From: Lama guanicoe
Lineage: Eukaryota
NCBI GenBank assembly: GCA_013239625.1
Contig: MU056000.1
Location: forward strand, 12,723,175 to 12,787,174
DNA length: 64,000 nt
Direction of reading: 5' to 3'
Shown here: positions 50,796 through 64,000 of the stretch, one piece after another
Layout of the letters: each line of letters begins with the position of its first letter
Position numbering within the stretch: the stretch's first letter is position 1
Notes under the pieces: model-generated
Databases searched by the model: none
What the model saw: the letters and a program-made list of their open reading frames with translations, nothing else
Told to the model about the DNA's origin: nothing
Translations under genes and position numbers: made by a program

Positions 50796-53515
50796 TTTTC
50801 TGAAATGATTTACTTATTGGACATTTAGTTTCCCACTTTTTAAATTCTTTGATGTGATGTGCTGAGCAATATTATAAATGCAACATTAACAGAAAGGGTC
50901 TGGGAAATGGCAAGTTGTCATTTTTTCTCTGTCTCTCTATTGCTGTTACTTTCCTGACAAATTGCCATATACAAGTTTGAACTGTCAACAATAAGATATG
51001 ATGCTGTATCTTCATCATTATTGTGGATTGCACATTTTTAAAAATTGTTTATTTAGTAGGCACAAATGGAATACAATCTTTAACTTAAATATTTAAGTTT
51101 CTGTAATGATTGGTGAGGTTGATTTTGTTTTTTACATGTCTTTATGGATATCTGAAATCATTTTGAAGAATGGTGAAAAATGCATCTCTAAGATATTACT
51201 ATTGTAGGTACCACTAACTCCTCAATTTCTCATCACGTGTTTTCCTATGCAGGGTAGCATCTTTGGGCAGCCTTGCATATATTTGTTGAGACTAATACTG
51301 AATATTTGATATTTTTAGAAATAGTGTTTTAGTAGACAAAAATACTTAAATAATTTCTTCAGGGCAAAACTTTCAACTATTGGCAGAAATCGCAATTGAT
51401 CTTGTGAATGAATGAATGAATAGGAAAAAATATAATCATAAAATAAAATGCTAAGGCAACACTTTAGAACTATGTGCTTCTTTATGTAATTAGTGCATTA
51501 TATTTCCAAAATGAGATGACTCCGTTAATTTTAAGCTGCTAAATTTGTGGCTATTTGTTATGCCACGAGAGAAAACATACTAGTTTTCTTTTTGCCAAAT
51601 ATTTTTGATTGGAACTGCATTTGAAAATGAAAAGAAGGCTTCCTGGAAGAAGGACATGTGTCCGTGATGTATGTGCCTGAAATTTTATTTCACGAAATCT
51701 TGATTTAAGTTAGCATGATAGAGTTCTAGACACCAAATATATTGTCATAAATACCTATTAGATGACATAACCCATAGGGAAATGAGAATTTCTAAATGTT
51801 AACATTTCAGCTCTACATCTTTCCCAAAATCGACTTACAAAATCAATTAAAACATAATTTAGTTATATTTATATATATATATAATTTAGTTGTATATAGC
51901 CAAATATAAATGGAAGAACTCCTAAAATTACTTAGAATATATTCCTCTTTATCAGTTATTTTATATTGACTTTTATATCTAATTGTAGCTTTCAGATAGT
52001 AATGGAAATATACTCATTAATAAAATAACACATTTTAAATTATTGTTCAAGTTTTCTTTGAAAAGTTTTAATAATTAATTATTGAAACATAGTAAATATT
52101 ATTTTAGATACTGAAGCCGAATGTCTTTGAATATACACGTCAACACACAAGGATATTTTATATACATAAATGTAATTTTACATTAGACATATGAATTATT
52201 ATATTTATTATATTTAAAATCAATCATACCTTCAGAAATGGAAGCAATTGATTTTCTTCTGATTTTGAACCCCACCAGAATCCTTTGCTCTGAATATGAC
52301 ATGCTTTGTTCACATATGACTATCTTGTAACATCAGTCATGTCCTACCATGAGCAACTGCATCCATTATGTAGTCCTGCAGTTCCCCTGTAATTATTTTT
52401 CAAGTCATTTCCAGAGTACTTCATAAAACATTTTTAATGCCACCATACGGAAATGAACAATAAATTAATTCCATTTTCAAGAGCTTTTTAAAAATGTAGT
52501 TTTATTTTAGGTTGTAGTAAGTTTTGCATTGCTACTTTTATCAGAGGCATGATATACAGTGTTTTTGTTTCTTTAAAGATAAGAGTTTCATTGTTGTAAT
52601 CTAGAGGAAAAAAATTGCAGTGTAACAGTGAAACAGTGAAGTCTTTTTTTTTTTTTTGGATAGGGAGGGGGGAAAAAGCGAACTTACCACTCCCTCTCCC
52701 ATATGCTGTAACTTTCATGTCTGTTTTGCCATCTCTTCCATTAACATTATGATTAATGAAAGCTCTCTAGAATTTCAAATACCTTGAAAAGTAGCCAATG
52801 CCGGCTCTTTGGAGGCTACACTGAAAATAAATAACAATAAAAACGGGGTGATCCAGGCTTTTGAAGTCTTTAAAGACACCATCACTGTGATCTTTGTACC
52901 ACTGCTGAGGAAAAGAGGACAACATTTCACATTTCTGGCACTACCAATGACAACACAGCGACTGAGAGAAAGCATGAATCTCTGGGAGCAGCATTAGGAT
53001 ACAGGACTCCTGCTGGGCTCACCAGTTCCTTGCTCTGCACAGCTGCCTTCTCAGCTGGTGGTTTTAAATCAGCACTGTGAGAAAAGACAGAAATGACCAT
53101 GGTGCATTTGCCTCACTGTGAGAAAAAGGTAATGTTCAATTAACACTTCAGCCTTCTGTTTTCCAACTGACTTATTTCTGTCTCTTGTTTGTGTTTTTTT
53201 GGGGGGGTCTTTTGTTTTGTTTTGTTTGTTTTCTTTTCATTTCATGGAATAAAATGCTTAACCTAAAAATAGCGGTGTGTTTGCAGTTATGCAAGGATAG
53301 TCTCACGGCTGTGCTGAAATCAGTAAGAGTTGGAGGAATTAGAGTGATTTAAAAAAATGTGTATATTCATACCCACAGGATATTAACATCCTGTTCACCT
53401 AACTAAGCTTGCATGTAGCAGTGAAAATATAAGGAGTGAAAGAGTAGAGCTTGTTTTGAAAGTATTTCAATAAATACAACATCTGACTTGTTGAGAATGT
53501 ATATATTTACCTTAC

Positions 53516-53587
53516 CTGCTGCTTTGTTGTAGAATTGTATATACCATAGTGTTACTAGTGAGCTTTGCTTTGAGCCTGGTTTAAATA
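53516..53587 (-). other. Candidate 72-nt minus-strand exon
   Basis: Minus strand: poly(T) run then aatcag|TATTTAAACC...AAAGCAGCAG|gtaagg; one open frame (FKPGSKQSSLVTLWYIQFYNKAA), not recognised. Confidence 0.35.
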
Positions 53588-55279
53588 CTGATTAAAAAAA
53601 AAAAAGACTTCATTTCAAGACAGCAATGTTTTTATCCTTCCAGCCATAAAGAAATATATTATCTTCCTTTATACTTGCTACAACTAGATTTTGGAATTGC
53701 ATAGATACAAATTAATGAGCATGACTTTATAGAATACTGTTCTTCATAGGATTATTTGGTTCTGTGTTCTTACAGACAAATCCACTAAGGTTCTTAGCTG
53801 TACTCTTTTTTTCTCTTTGAGAACAATTTATTTTGCAAGCCCAGAATTATACCAGAGAAACAGCTATGTGATGGATCTGTATGTGTGCGTGAGTGAGTGT
53901 ATGCTTAACTCTGACTTGGCGGGTCTTATGAATTTCCTCTCAGATTTTCATTAGCCTTCTGGTTGAAAAGTTGGCTGTTTTGAGCTGGAATAATATTCTT
54001 AAGAAGGAAGTTCAGGGGTTGAATGTTCATTGGAAACATGTCAAGATAGTTTTATTTTAAAGTTTGAACCAAAATATTCATTACCACCACTTTAGTAATT
54101 GCTCAGTATAAAATCTGGTCAGCAATTCATTTTACAAACATTTATTATATGCCAGGCTCTGGGCTTGGCAACAGAGACAAAAAGACAAGCATGTGGTTCT
54201 CACTCTTGAGATGTTTATAGTCTAAACCATTTGATTAATGAGCTGTTTTCTGAAGAAGAATTTGATGTTTAAATTTATTGCTGTACAATTAATGTTGGAA
54301 GAAAGTTTTGAAGAATTTATTGAATTTCACATCAAAGTCGAATATTTGCCTAGTAGGCAAGTAGTCTACCAAGGATTAATTTTTAATTTTCACCTACTTA
54401 GGCAACAACTACTTACTGAATGACTCTATTGTATCACACACTGTTGCAAACACTTGGGACATAACAGCAAACAAGAAAAACAGAGCCTCTCCCATGAGGC
54501 TTACCTCCTAGCAAGGGACTGAGGACAAAAAGGTAGCATGAAATTTCAACATTTTTTAGAAAGACAAAAGGCAAGGTGACTGAGAAATTGAACCTGCTGA
54601 CTTGATACTATAGCCACTCATCCGGCCCACTTGGTTTTCATATTGGACAAGGCTGACCCAAAGGGAAAAAAAGGGATTCTACAAATATTTGTAAACACTT
54701 TCAAAATACCTAGAAGTAACTTTAAAAGCAAATAATAAATAGTTTGTAATAATGTGGTTCTTCCAAATTCTGTGTTAATAAGAAGACTATGCAAAAATTA
54801 TTTTAATTTTTGAACGATCATGAGTAATTAAGTTAGCTAATGATAGTTTCCCTGAAACTTTCCCTTGAGCTACCAACTGGCAAAACACACATGTTCTTAA
54901 CATCTACCAACCATCTCGCGGTTGATCTGCTTTGGTTATGAGTGAAATCGGTCCCCTGAGCATGCTTCTGGGATTGCACCACAAAAAGCATTTGGAAAAC
55001 ATTTATATGCAGCTTCATATCATCTCTTTCTCATTTTGAATACCTCATTTTTCTGTCTTAAGATTGCAGTGGAATACATTTTCTCTCTTTTCTTTCTTGA
55101 TCTCTTTCTTGGTTTATTTGTTTCTTTCCCAATTTGCATCTTCTTTCTATTTATATGTATGTATGTTTGTATGTGTCTATCATGTATCTAAAAATGAGCA
55201 TCTAATGTTTTAGCTCACCCTCAGGTATTTTAAATCTGTTTCTGCATTGTCACCTCTGTTAGAATAGATGGAAAACTAA

Positions 55280-55670
55280 ATTCTTAAGGTCCTGGGTTCT
55301 CCTGCAGTGAGAATGACCATATTCTTTAGTTATGGACACTGAGACATGAGCATAAACTTACTAAGAGCTTTATGAAAGATTTTGTTTACCTGATAAAAGG
55401 GAAAGACATGTCTGCATGGCTCCTTTTCTCTTCTTTCTTGAAGGCAGACTGGGAGGCTGAAAGCTTCTGCAGCCATTTTGTGACCATGAGGAGGCAAATA
55501 GGAAAATAAGAGAATTTCAGAAATGCCAGCTGTAACATGCTAAAACAGCTGAACCAATACCAACTGCCTCAAGACTTCCTTGTTATGTCTGAAAAATAAA
55601 TCAATATTTACTAAGTCCCTCTAAATGGTATTTTCTGTTACTCTTAGTTGAAAGTGTTTCTAACAGATGT
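55280..55670 (+). mobile_element. MLT1I/J-like LTR
   Basis: ctgcagccattttgtgaccatgagg...gacttccttgttatgtctgaaaaataaa...gtattttctgttact. Confidence 0.65.
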
Positions 55671-56797
55671 CACATGCAAAAATAATTTATAGAGGTTGTT
55701 GAAAGTTGAGCATTAGGTTATAAAATAAAACACTTAACAATAAAGGCAAAGTGCAATTCTCATCTTCAGGAACTTTATGGTGAACATTTCATATGATAAG
55801 CAAACAAGCATCAAAAGATTTTCTGATATTTGCCCAAGGTCTGTGATCAGTTTGCATTGGCATGTTTCTTACTGTTTTTTGGTGTTCATTTTATAACATG
55901 AAAAATAATAAATTGCATTATTAAGTTCATTGCATACCTACACTTCTGACTGTAGTAGAATAAAATGTATTTTAAATCTATGGATTTGTAACACTATCTG
56001 TTCAATAATATTTAAAAATTCATATTCCTTGGATACTTCAGGAATGAGAGAAATTGTTTTACTTTTACTGTTCATACTTAGGATTCTGTACATTCTATGT
56101 TTAAAAAGCTGGGCTATGAGTTTGAGCCTTTTGCTACACCATCATCCACTCTAAAGCTCTAATTTATTTAGTTATTACCTACTGAAATTAGCATAAAGTG
56201 ATATCTGGAAACACCCTTTAGGAAGAATTTTTCCCAGCACAACTCTATACAACCCCATTAATTCCCGCCTCCTTCTTTGAGTGAAAAATCCAGACAAAAC
56301 AATTTCACTAATAGGAAGGTATGTCTGACACATTAGGTTTTCCAGCCCTTTTGTGATTTATCTGTACAACTGTATGAAATTGGCATAAAGAAGTGTCACT
56401 GATATCAAGGAAACTGTTCCCAAGTTGCTTTGGGCAGACAATAAAGCATAACAAATAAAATGTTGCTGTAGTAATTAAAAGAATGTGTGAGCAAATGCGA
56501 ATTAAAGGGGAATTGATACCAGCAACTGGTTTCAAGGCCTATTTTATACTTTCATCTCCTCTGGCAGTAATGTGGGGTTACATAGATTCATCAGATGCCA
56601 CTGGCTCTAACCAAAAATTTTATGGCCACAATAGCGGGATGCTTAACTCAGATTTGTAAGTTGGAAACTGAGATGTGCAAAGAAGCTGTTGCTGGAAGTA
56701 GAAAATAAGTAAAACAGAGATCATATAGAAAGAAGAGATCTGACAGCAAGCAAAAGCTTCACTGCAGAAAATGGAAAGAAAAAAAGAAAAAGAAAAT

Positions 56798-56819
56798 TGT
56801 GTGTGCTGTGTGTGTGTAT

Positions 56820-56852
<33 letters not shown>

Positions 56853-56865
56853 ATGTGTGTGTATG
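56798..56865. repeat. (TG)n imperfect microsatellite
   Basis: tgtgtgtgtgtgtgtgtgtgtatgtgtatgtatgtgtgtg. Confidence 0.9.
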
Positions 56866-57629
56866 CATAGGCAGGCATGTGGGATAATTAGAAAAAGGGA
56901 CTGGAAATGCATCAATATAGAGCTTGTTTCCTTTTGATGAGATGAGGAAACTATTGCCAGATAATTATCACCACCTCTTGTTTTCCAGAGTAATGTGCAG
57001 CCCATGAACTGGAGAGCTGATCTGGGACTTAAAAATGAGGGTTGCCTGCTTTCTTTGAAGCAGCATAGCATCTCTGGGTAGTCGAGTGTAAAACAAACAG
57101 AGATGCTTTTCCTTTACATGCTAGAAGCAGTCATCCCTGTTGCCAAGGAAACATCCTCAGGCGGCAAGGGTCACCTTTGCAAATAATCAGAAGACTTCAA
57201 AAGCAGATCAATAGAGTAACACCAAGACCTGAATTTCCTAGCAAATGGCTCCTATTTTAAATGCCATTTCCCAATAAACACTTGTTTATGTGATTACTAT
57301 GTTCTGGGAAGCAGGAAGGCAAAATTGAATGTGCACTAAGTCTAGTCCAATCTTTTCAAGCTCTGCTCTTGGAAGCCTGTGGTTTTGAAAGGCGGAATGA
57401 GCAGGCTCCATGGCTTAGACGATGGACTGACATTCAGATTTCAAAAGAGAAGCTGCACATGAGACTTCGTTTGAAGAAAGTTTCCACTCATTTCAAAAAA
57501 AATACAGACCCTTTAAGCATGATGATTATACTTTGTCTGAATTAGCGAGATTTTTATTTTAATTTCTGAGAATGTTTTGTCATTATATTAGGTTTGTGCA
57601 GATTTTGTGTTAATAATGTACAATTGTGC

Positions 57630-58100
57630 TCATTAATTCATTCTTTTCTTTAATATTTATGATTTCATACTATGAGCCAGACACTAATCTGGATATGAGA
57701 AGGGAACTGAAGTTATTCTCTGCATTTGAGATCTGGGGGACCCAATCTGAGGAAGCAAGTAGCTATAGAAACAAACAATGGACTCACTTGCAGAGGGAGC
57801 ACAGCAGGACGCTTGTAATTCTTTCTGGGGAGGTGAGGAAAGGCTTTTGGGGAGAGAAAATGCCTGATCTTAGCTTTGAAAGGCGGATAAACACTGAGCA
57901 GAGAGTACAGTGCTGGGAGGACATTCTAAGACAGAAACGACAGTAAATACAATGAATCTGAAGAGCAGATTTCACTGGTGTTCTGTTGACTGAAAATCAG
58001 GATGTATTTGGGGTTGTGTTTGGAGATAAGGATGGAGAAGGAAAGTGGGCCTGGATCAAAAAGTCCTTATATAGTATAAAAAAGTTTATATCTTACTGTT
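57630..58100 (-). mobile_element. LINE-2 fragment
   Basis: tactatgagccagacact...ggggaggtgaggaaaggcttttgggga...tgatcttagctttgaaagg. Confidence 0.65.
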
Positions 58101-58698
58101 AGTTTTCCAGATTTTTTCCTTTGTAACTTCAAACCTGGCTAACGGAATTATTTAATGCTGTAATAAGCAGAGCTTTAACTGGCTTGTTTTTATCCCCTTT
58201 TCTCCTCTTATAATCCAGAATTATTTACAAATACCTATTGCTTTCAGATGGCTTTAAGGAATTGAAATTTCTGAGGTTGCTTATTATCTAAAGCAAGAAT
58301 TGTGAAATCCAGGGGTAAACTCTCTTGCTGTTAAAACTCACAATCATATTTGATTGATTAAAATATAAGTAACGAAATTTTATGATAGGAGGTAAAACGA
58401 CCTAATTGATAGAATGAAGTTGTCAGAAGCAATCAGTCCTTGAAATCACGTATCTTTCTTTTTGCCAGAAAATTCAAAAGCGACAAATGCAGGTAGCACT
58501 TCTGACTACCAATGTGTTGCATGCCTCACTGAAGTGCACCTTGTTAACGCTTCCTTTTTGAGGGACAAGAATTAAACGTTGTGTATAAGAAACTGTGGAG
58601 GGTGCCTCTGTGTGAGAGCTAATGCTTTTTGGCATCATTTAGGTTAGCCACCTGTTCTAGCCTGCGTTTGCTGAATAAATTAGATGCTCTGGGGAGAG

Positions 58699-58737
58699 TG
58701 TGCGCAGCTGATTGGTTTGCCTTGTTACCAAGGCAAC
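58699..58737. promoter_or_regulatory. Motif cluster: inverted CCAAT (CTGATTGG) plus RFX X-box
   Basis: tgtgcgcagCTGATTGGtttgcctt GTTACCAAGGCAAC (58724-58737). Confidence 0.35.
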
Positions 58738-60709
58738 CATTTTTCTCTCTGCTCTATGACTGAAAGGGTTCATAACCCATTAGTGCTCCTCTGGGCAGGA
58801 ACATGAGAAATTTTCTTCTTTTCTTTTCCTTTTTAAAAAAATTCCTTGTCAAGATGACAGGATTAGTGGAACTCAACAGATACTTTTACCATATTGTTTA
58901 TTCAGACAGTACATTTTCCAAATGTTTGAAAAGCTGAAGTCCAAACCTTAAAGGCATGTAAGTAACAGCTAAATGGAGGGAATGCTAATGATAACAAATT
59001 AAAAAATTGAAAATATTTTCCATCTCAGGTGGAGTTTGTCTAAGGCAATATATGTAAAAACACAGATTCTCTGAATTCAATTCAAAGGGCAGTGAACACA
59101 AGGCTATTTTCCCAAATTATCCCAGCGATTATTTCTATCAGGGTTTTCTCACTCTGCAGAGACAACGGAACATGAAAGGGCATCAATTTAGCAAAGGCTT
59201 TATCCGATCCATCAAAGCATAAATTCAGGAGCTAAGTGATCATTTTCTGAATGCCAGAGGGCTGAGGGGGCTGTGGGCTGATGGCTGACTGCACACGATG
59301 GTAATGCCATCGGAAACCAGCACAGATTTTCACCCACAAGTAATATTTAGACCTCAGCATGTTAGTTTTCTTCCGTTTTGCAATCCATATTTGTGTTTCC
59401 TCTCCTGCTTTGTGTGCTGTCCATTTGTTATCCAAATCTTCGTACATAAAAAAAAAATCAGTAGACCTCCCAAAGAGATACATTTATTTCTCCAGCATCC
59501 ACCTTGTACCAGGAATTTTGTGTTTTCCCATTTGCTTCACTCCTCATGTCAATTCATTCATCATGTCTTCCAGAGACTTGCGTGGACAGAGACTCAAGTG
59601 GATTATATAATTTGCTAAAAATAGTGAGGTTGATATTCATAGTGAGTTCTAGCTCATTCTAAACCCCTGCTTTTCCAGTGTGCTGTTGTGTCTCTACAGT
59701 TCTGCGATAATGCTAACAATGTCCTTTCTGAACACTGAAATATTGCAGAGGGTAAAAAAAACATAGAATGTTAAAACATTCAAATTAAAATTCTTGGAGA
59801 GCTTCTTGTCCTATTACTTTGGATTTATTCAAAGTAGACTGCAATTCCAGGTTTTGTCTAACACGCTGTAATGCTGAAGCTTTTGTACATATTTATTAAG
59901 AAAAATGACTTCATCATATATGGCAATTCCTTTGACACCTTTTATTTTCTTTCTACAAATACTAGAGAAACTGATTAAAATTGAACTATAAATGCCTGTC
60001 TTGTAACAATCTTATTTGTTGTTCTTTTCAACTGAGAACCACTGGGATCTCTGAGAGTTTAGGTTTATGATTTGATTATGGATAAACCTTAATGCAATTA
60101 GATTTACTCTAATTTCTGATTGTCTACAGTTTTAATTCTCCCTTCTGGGATTTCAAAGCTGAAGTTGATATTTTAAAATAAATAGTTCTTTGCTATGTAA
60201 TACATCATTTTAAGGTATGACCACACCATAAATAGACAATTTTTAAAAGATACAGTTCTTATTGTCCAATAAAGTAGTCCAAATATTTTACTTGGTGTGA
60301 AAACAAAGAGATCCTTCTTCATTAAGCATATTGTGATTGATCCCCGCTACGATCAAAGATTAACAAACACTACAGGATAATAATATATTAGTGGGAAAAG
60401 CTCAAAGACAACACCCTCGTACAATATGAGGATTTGACAAAATAAGAAAATGCATACTTCGATTTGTTGCAAACAAGATGGGTTTGCTTTTTTTCCCCTC
60501 CTATTTCCAGTGTCAGTTTAATGTTTGCAAGTTTCTCCAAAGAATAAGGCAATTATTTACAATCTGAAAAAGAATTCTATACAAAGATACTCTATTTGCA
60601 TTTTTAGGAATAACTTTATTGAGATGTATTTGCTTCTACCATTTTCTTCCAGTTGTCTAGATTGGATTAAAATACTACTTTTGTTCTCCAGATAGTGGAC
60701 TAATGTCCT

Positions 60710-60900
60710 AGTTCATTCAACATGCTGTCAGCAACCATTTACGGCCTTCCTTGTGGCAGGTACTCTGTTAAGGGCTGGGTATCCAGAGGTGAACCCACAG
60801 TTCCTCTTCTTCTTGAGCTAAACTTTGTGGGGGACCATCTACAAGACAGTCAATGATCTCAGTAGGGTAAATGCTGTCATGGAGTAATGAACTTGTGGAT
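60710..60900 (-). mobile_element. LINE-2 3' fragment
   Basis: ttcattcaac...tgtggcaggtactctgttaagggctgggtatccagaggtgaac. Confidence 0.55.
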
Positions 60901-62416
60901 TGAAGGATATACTAACAACTGTTTCCAAACAGATTCTTTCAGCACCCACTCCCTCATCCTGAATCATCCTTAGTATCTTGTACTGCTCACCACTGTCCCC
61001 ACCACTTACTCTCTTGTTTTAACCCCAATCTTCAGATGCATCACAAAGTGGATATTTACACTTGTAGTTTTGGTTTATCTCAATTGTAGTTTTCCCCTCT
61101 GCCTGTGCTACTTATGTTAATTTAAACAATGAATTTTTTGGAATGATTTACTTTGTTATGATTGTATGGCTATTTCTCTCACTGGGATAATCCTGCCTTA
61201 AATCTTCCAACAGTACATTTTAATTACTTACCTGCTGGAAAGCAAAGTTTTAAACTGTTGTCCTATCCATTGACTCCAATGGTGAGGTGTGTTGGAAACA
61301 TTTCTTCTTGAAGGATCCTCTTGAAGGGAGTGCTTGCACCCCAGATTCACCTAAGACACATCCTGCTCTTAATCCAATGCCACTCCTCACTGATGCCTGT
61401 TCATCTCTGTCAAACCTTTTTTTTTTTTCCCAAGATGTGCAATCAAGTTGCATGATGCCTACTAGATGCCACGCCACCAACCAGGAGAGCAGCTAGTTTA
61501 CATTCATGAACGTCAGTGAGCACCTTCCACCCACACTGGAAATCAACACATTCCTGGGGTCCAGATTTATTTTAATGCTGTTTTAAATCTAAATTTTAAG
61601 CACCCTAATTTGCACAAAAAAGAATCATATTGAACATCTTGTTCTCCAACTTGCTCTCTTCCCAAATAATTTGGAAACCTTTTGGTGTACTCAAGTCAAA
61701 AAGGAAATTTAGTGACAGATTCTGGGCAGTTTAAACTGAATCTCCAGAAGGAAGGAACCCATGACTGTTCTGGGGAGGTCAGAAGCAGTAACTCAACAGG
61801 CCATTGTTATGATGTAACTCAACTCACACTGCCCTTTGTCTCTGCTGGTCCCTGTTCTAGTTCATAAACTCCTAAGAGAAAGAATTTGGGTTTAGCTTAG
61901 GTCCAAGTACATATATTGGACTAAATCAACCCTGGCCAAAGAGACTGGTGGAATTGAACATTAGGGGAATGATTACAAGTGTTCTACAATTGAACTTGTC
62001 TTTTTCTCATTTGCTTGAAAGGATCCAGTTTCCAAATAAAAGTGGCTTACCAGCACCGACTGTCAATTTATTTTCCCAAGGCTAAACTACTTGCTAAGAT
62101 CTCTTTTCTTAACTTTACTTCTCTTTTTTAAGCTATCCAGGCCATAATTTAACCTCTATTATTTGTGCCTGTCTTTTTCTTTATAGGCAATAATTTTGCT
62201 AGAAACTTTCTTAACTTCCCTGTTTTTGATTTTTCTTGAAATTGATTTTGGTTCTCTACCCAATTATGCCATCTCAGGCTTCCAGAATAATAACTCTCTT
62301 GATACAAAATTGTCTCTTCTGTTGGGCACTCCTAGGTAACTTTCCAATGACTCTGGAGTGGGTCCTTGACAAGTTGACTCTTGAAAGTAAGGAGCATGAA
62401 AAAAATTATGGAGGCA

Positions 62417-62652
62417 TGAATGAAATTTTGCCATTTGCAGCCACATGGATGGACGTGGAGGGCATTATGCTAAGTGAAATAAGTCAGACAGATAAAGACA
62501 AGATACTGTATGATATCACTTACATGTGGCATTTAAAAAATACAACAAACTAGTGAATATAACAAAACGGAGCAAACTCACAGACACAGAGAAGAAATTC
62601 GTGGTTACCAGTGGATGTATTGTACAACATGGGGAATATAGCTAATATTTCA
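62417..62652 (+). mobile_element. L1 ORF2 C-terminus and partial 3' UTR
   Basis: Translates NEILPFAATWMDVEGIMLSEISQTDKDK (L1 ORF2 end); 3' UTR appears internally deleted (gtggttaccagtgg|atgtattgtacaacatgggg). Confidence 0.88.
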
Positions 62653-63037
62653 TTTTAAAAATTGGTGCACAAAGCTAATGAGGAGTAGATGAGACTGAAT
62701 GTGAAGTAGATTATTCAGGAAGAGTGAAAAAAATTTAAAGAAGGTTAAAGGAGAGAGCTCTAAAGAATAATTATTTTCACAAGATGAGAATAAAAGAGAA
62801 ACCAGTAGAATTTTAAAAGAAATGAACAGAGACTGGAGTTTACTTTTAACCATGCAGGAGAGAGTGATGAAAGTTAAGGAAGAAAATAATTCTAGAATTG
62901 AGTGTATGTTTAAGAGTATTGAAAATTACAGAAAGACCAAGTAGAATAATACATAATTCTTATAGACCCAGGTGATGACTAAATGATGCTTCTGAATACT
63001 TCACTCTTGGAAAATACTTAAATATTTAGCTTATCGC

Positions 63038-63070
63038 CCAGAATGTACCCAGAATGTATCCAGAATGTAT
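63038..63070. repeat. 11-bp tandem repeat x3
   Basis: ccagaatgtac ccagaatgtat ccagaatgtat. Confidence 0.85.
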
Positions 63071-63499
63071 GTGACCCCCTGGTCAAGGCTGGCAGCCTTT
63101 GCTTTCCTATGAAATTTATGACCTTACAATCAGAGAGCTGGTTCCTAACCGATGTGGTACTTGGGGTTCCTAACCTCTTTCCTGTTCCTGACCTCTGAAA
63201 ACCACAAATCTCTAAAGGTTGTTAACTGGAGTTTAAAAAAAAAAAACAAACAGGAATCGAGTCATTGTTTTATTTTTAAGGATAAATCTATATCATTAAT
63301 GCAAAGTTTCAGAAAATATAGGAATACGAAACAAAGGAAGAACATAAAGAAATGTGTCTTGAAGGACATAAGGTATGCCAGGATGAAATGCCCTGCCCAA
63401 TGTTAATTTTTGCTAATTATTTATTGTATCTTCTTAAACATTTAATTTTACATTGTCTGGAGTTTTTTCTGTGTAAATACATTTTTAAAGCAAAAAATT

Positions 63500-63900
63500 A
63501 CTATGCATACTATTTCTTATCAGTATTTTAACTAGACTGTAAAAAAAGTTATTTACATCCTTCTATGCACGCAAGAGCTCAAGATTTCCATCATGCATTT
63601 TAATGGTCACCTGGGATTCTGTTAGCTCTCCCGTAATTTATAGAAATAATTTTCTCTTGATGGGCATTGAGGTATTTCCAATTTTAATATCATACATGTA
63701 ACATCAGGATGGGTATATTTCTACATATATCTTTACACTTTGCTGACTGCTTCCTTAAGATACAGTCTCAGAAATGGAATTTCTGTTCAAAAGTATAAAT
63801 ATTAACATTTTGATCGATGTTGCCAAACTCCTGTCGATAGCTTTGGAGGTTATTACTTTTTCTCCTGTGCTGTTGCCAACAGCAGATTTAATGCAATTTT
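63500..63900 (-). mobile_element. L1ME-like fragment
   Basis: gatgggcattgaggtatttccaatttt...ccttaagatacagtctcagaaatggaatt...tgttgccaaact. Confidence 0.65.
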
Positions 63901-64000
63901 TAAGAAGTGTTTGCTAGCTGGATAAGCTATTGGAGCCTTAACCATTCACTGCCTGGCTCTCCAGGGCTTATCTGTATCTAGGGCTCTTGTGCAGCTTCTT

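Noticed and set aside
54346..54360. Perfect inverted repeat ttgccta-g-taggcaa
   Set aside because: A 7-bp arm is expected by chance in 64 kb.
62236..62553. 105-aa ORF with the motif FAATWMDVEGIMLSEISQ
   Set aside because: L1 ORF2 C-terminal fragment fused by chance to flanking sequence.
1..64000. CRISPR arrays, operons or prokaryotic defence systems
   Set aside because: Sequence is mammalian; no regularly spaced repeat arrays or dense ORF clusters.

Overview
AT-rich, repeat-laden mammalian genomic DNA, very probably camelid: it carries a Vic-1-type tRNA-derived SINE at ~45.25-45.39 kb and cetartiodactyl-type L1 3' ends. The only recognisable protein-coding sequence is an intronless, full-length, uninterrupted retrocopy of the PA-TM-RING E3 ligase RNF167 (13593-14651, +). 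It comes with the parental 5' leader (~13090-13592), a 3' UTR and a short poly(A) remnant (~14853). It behaves more like a selected retrogene than a dead pseudogene. The RING-H2, N-glycosylation sites and dileucine motif are intact and CpGs are retained. BANP- and ETS-type promoter motifs are present in the leader, and substitutions cluster in the transmembrane/juxtamembrane segment. The rest of the window is interspersed repeats (L1, L2, MIR, MLT1, LTR16, LTR79-like, MER3/58/63/91, Charlie1, Tigger13-like, including a three-level nest) and unique non-coding sequence. That unique sequence contains several well-formed minus-strand candidate exons that may belong to a host transcript. Repeat names and comparisons with human RNF167 come from recalled consensus sequences, not from a database search.
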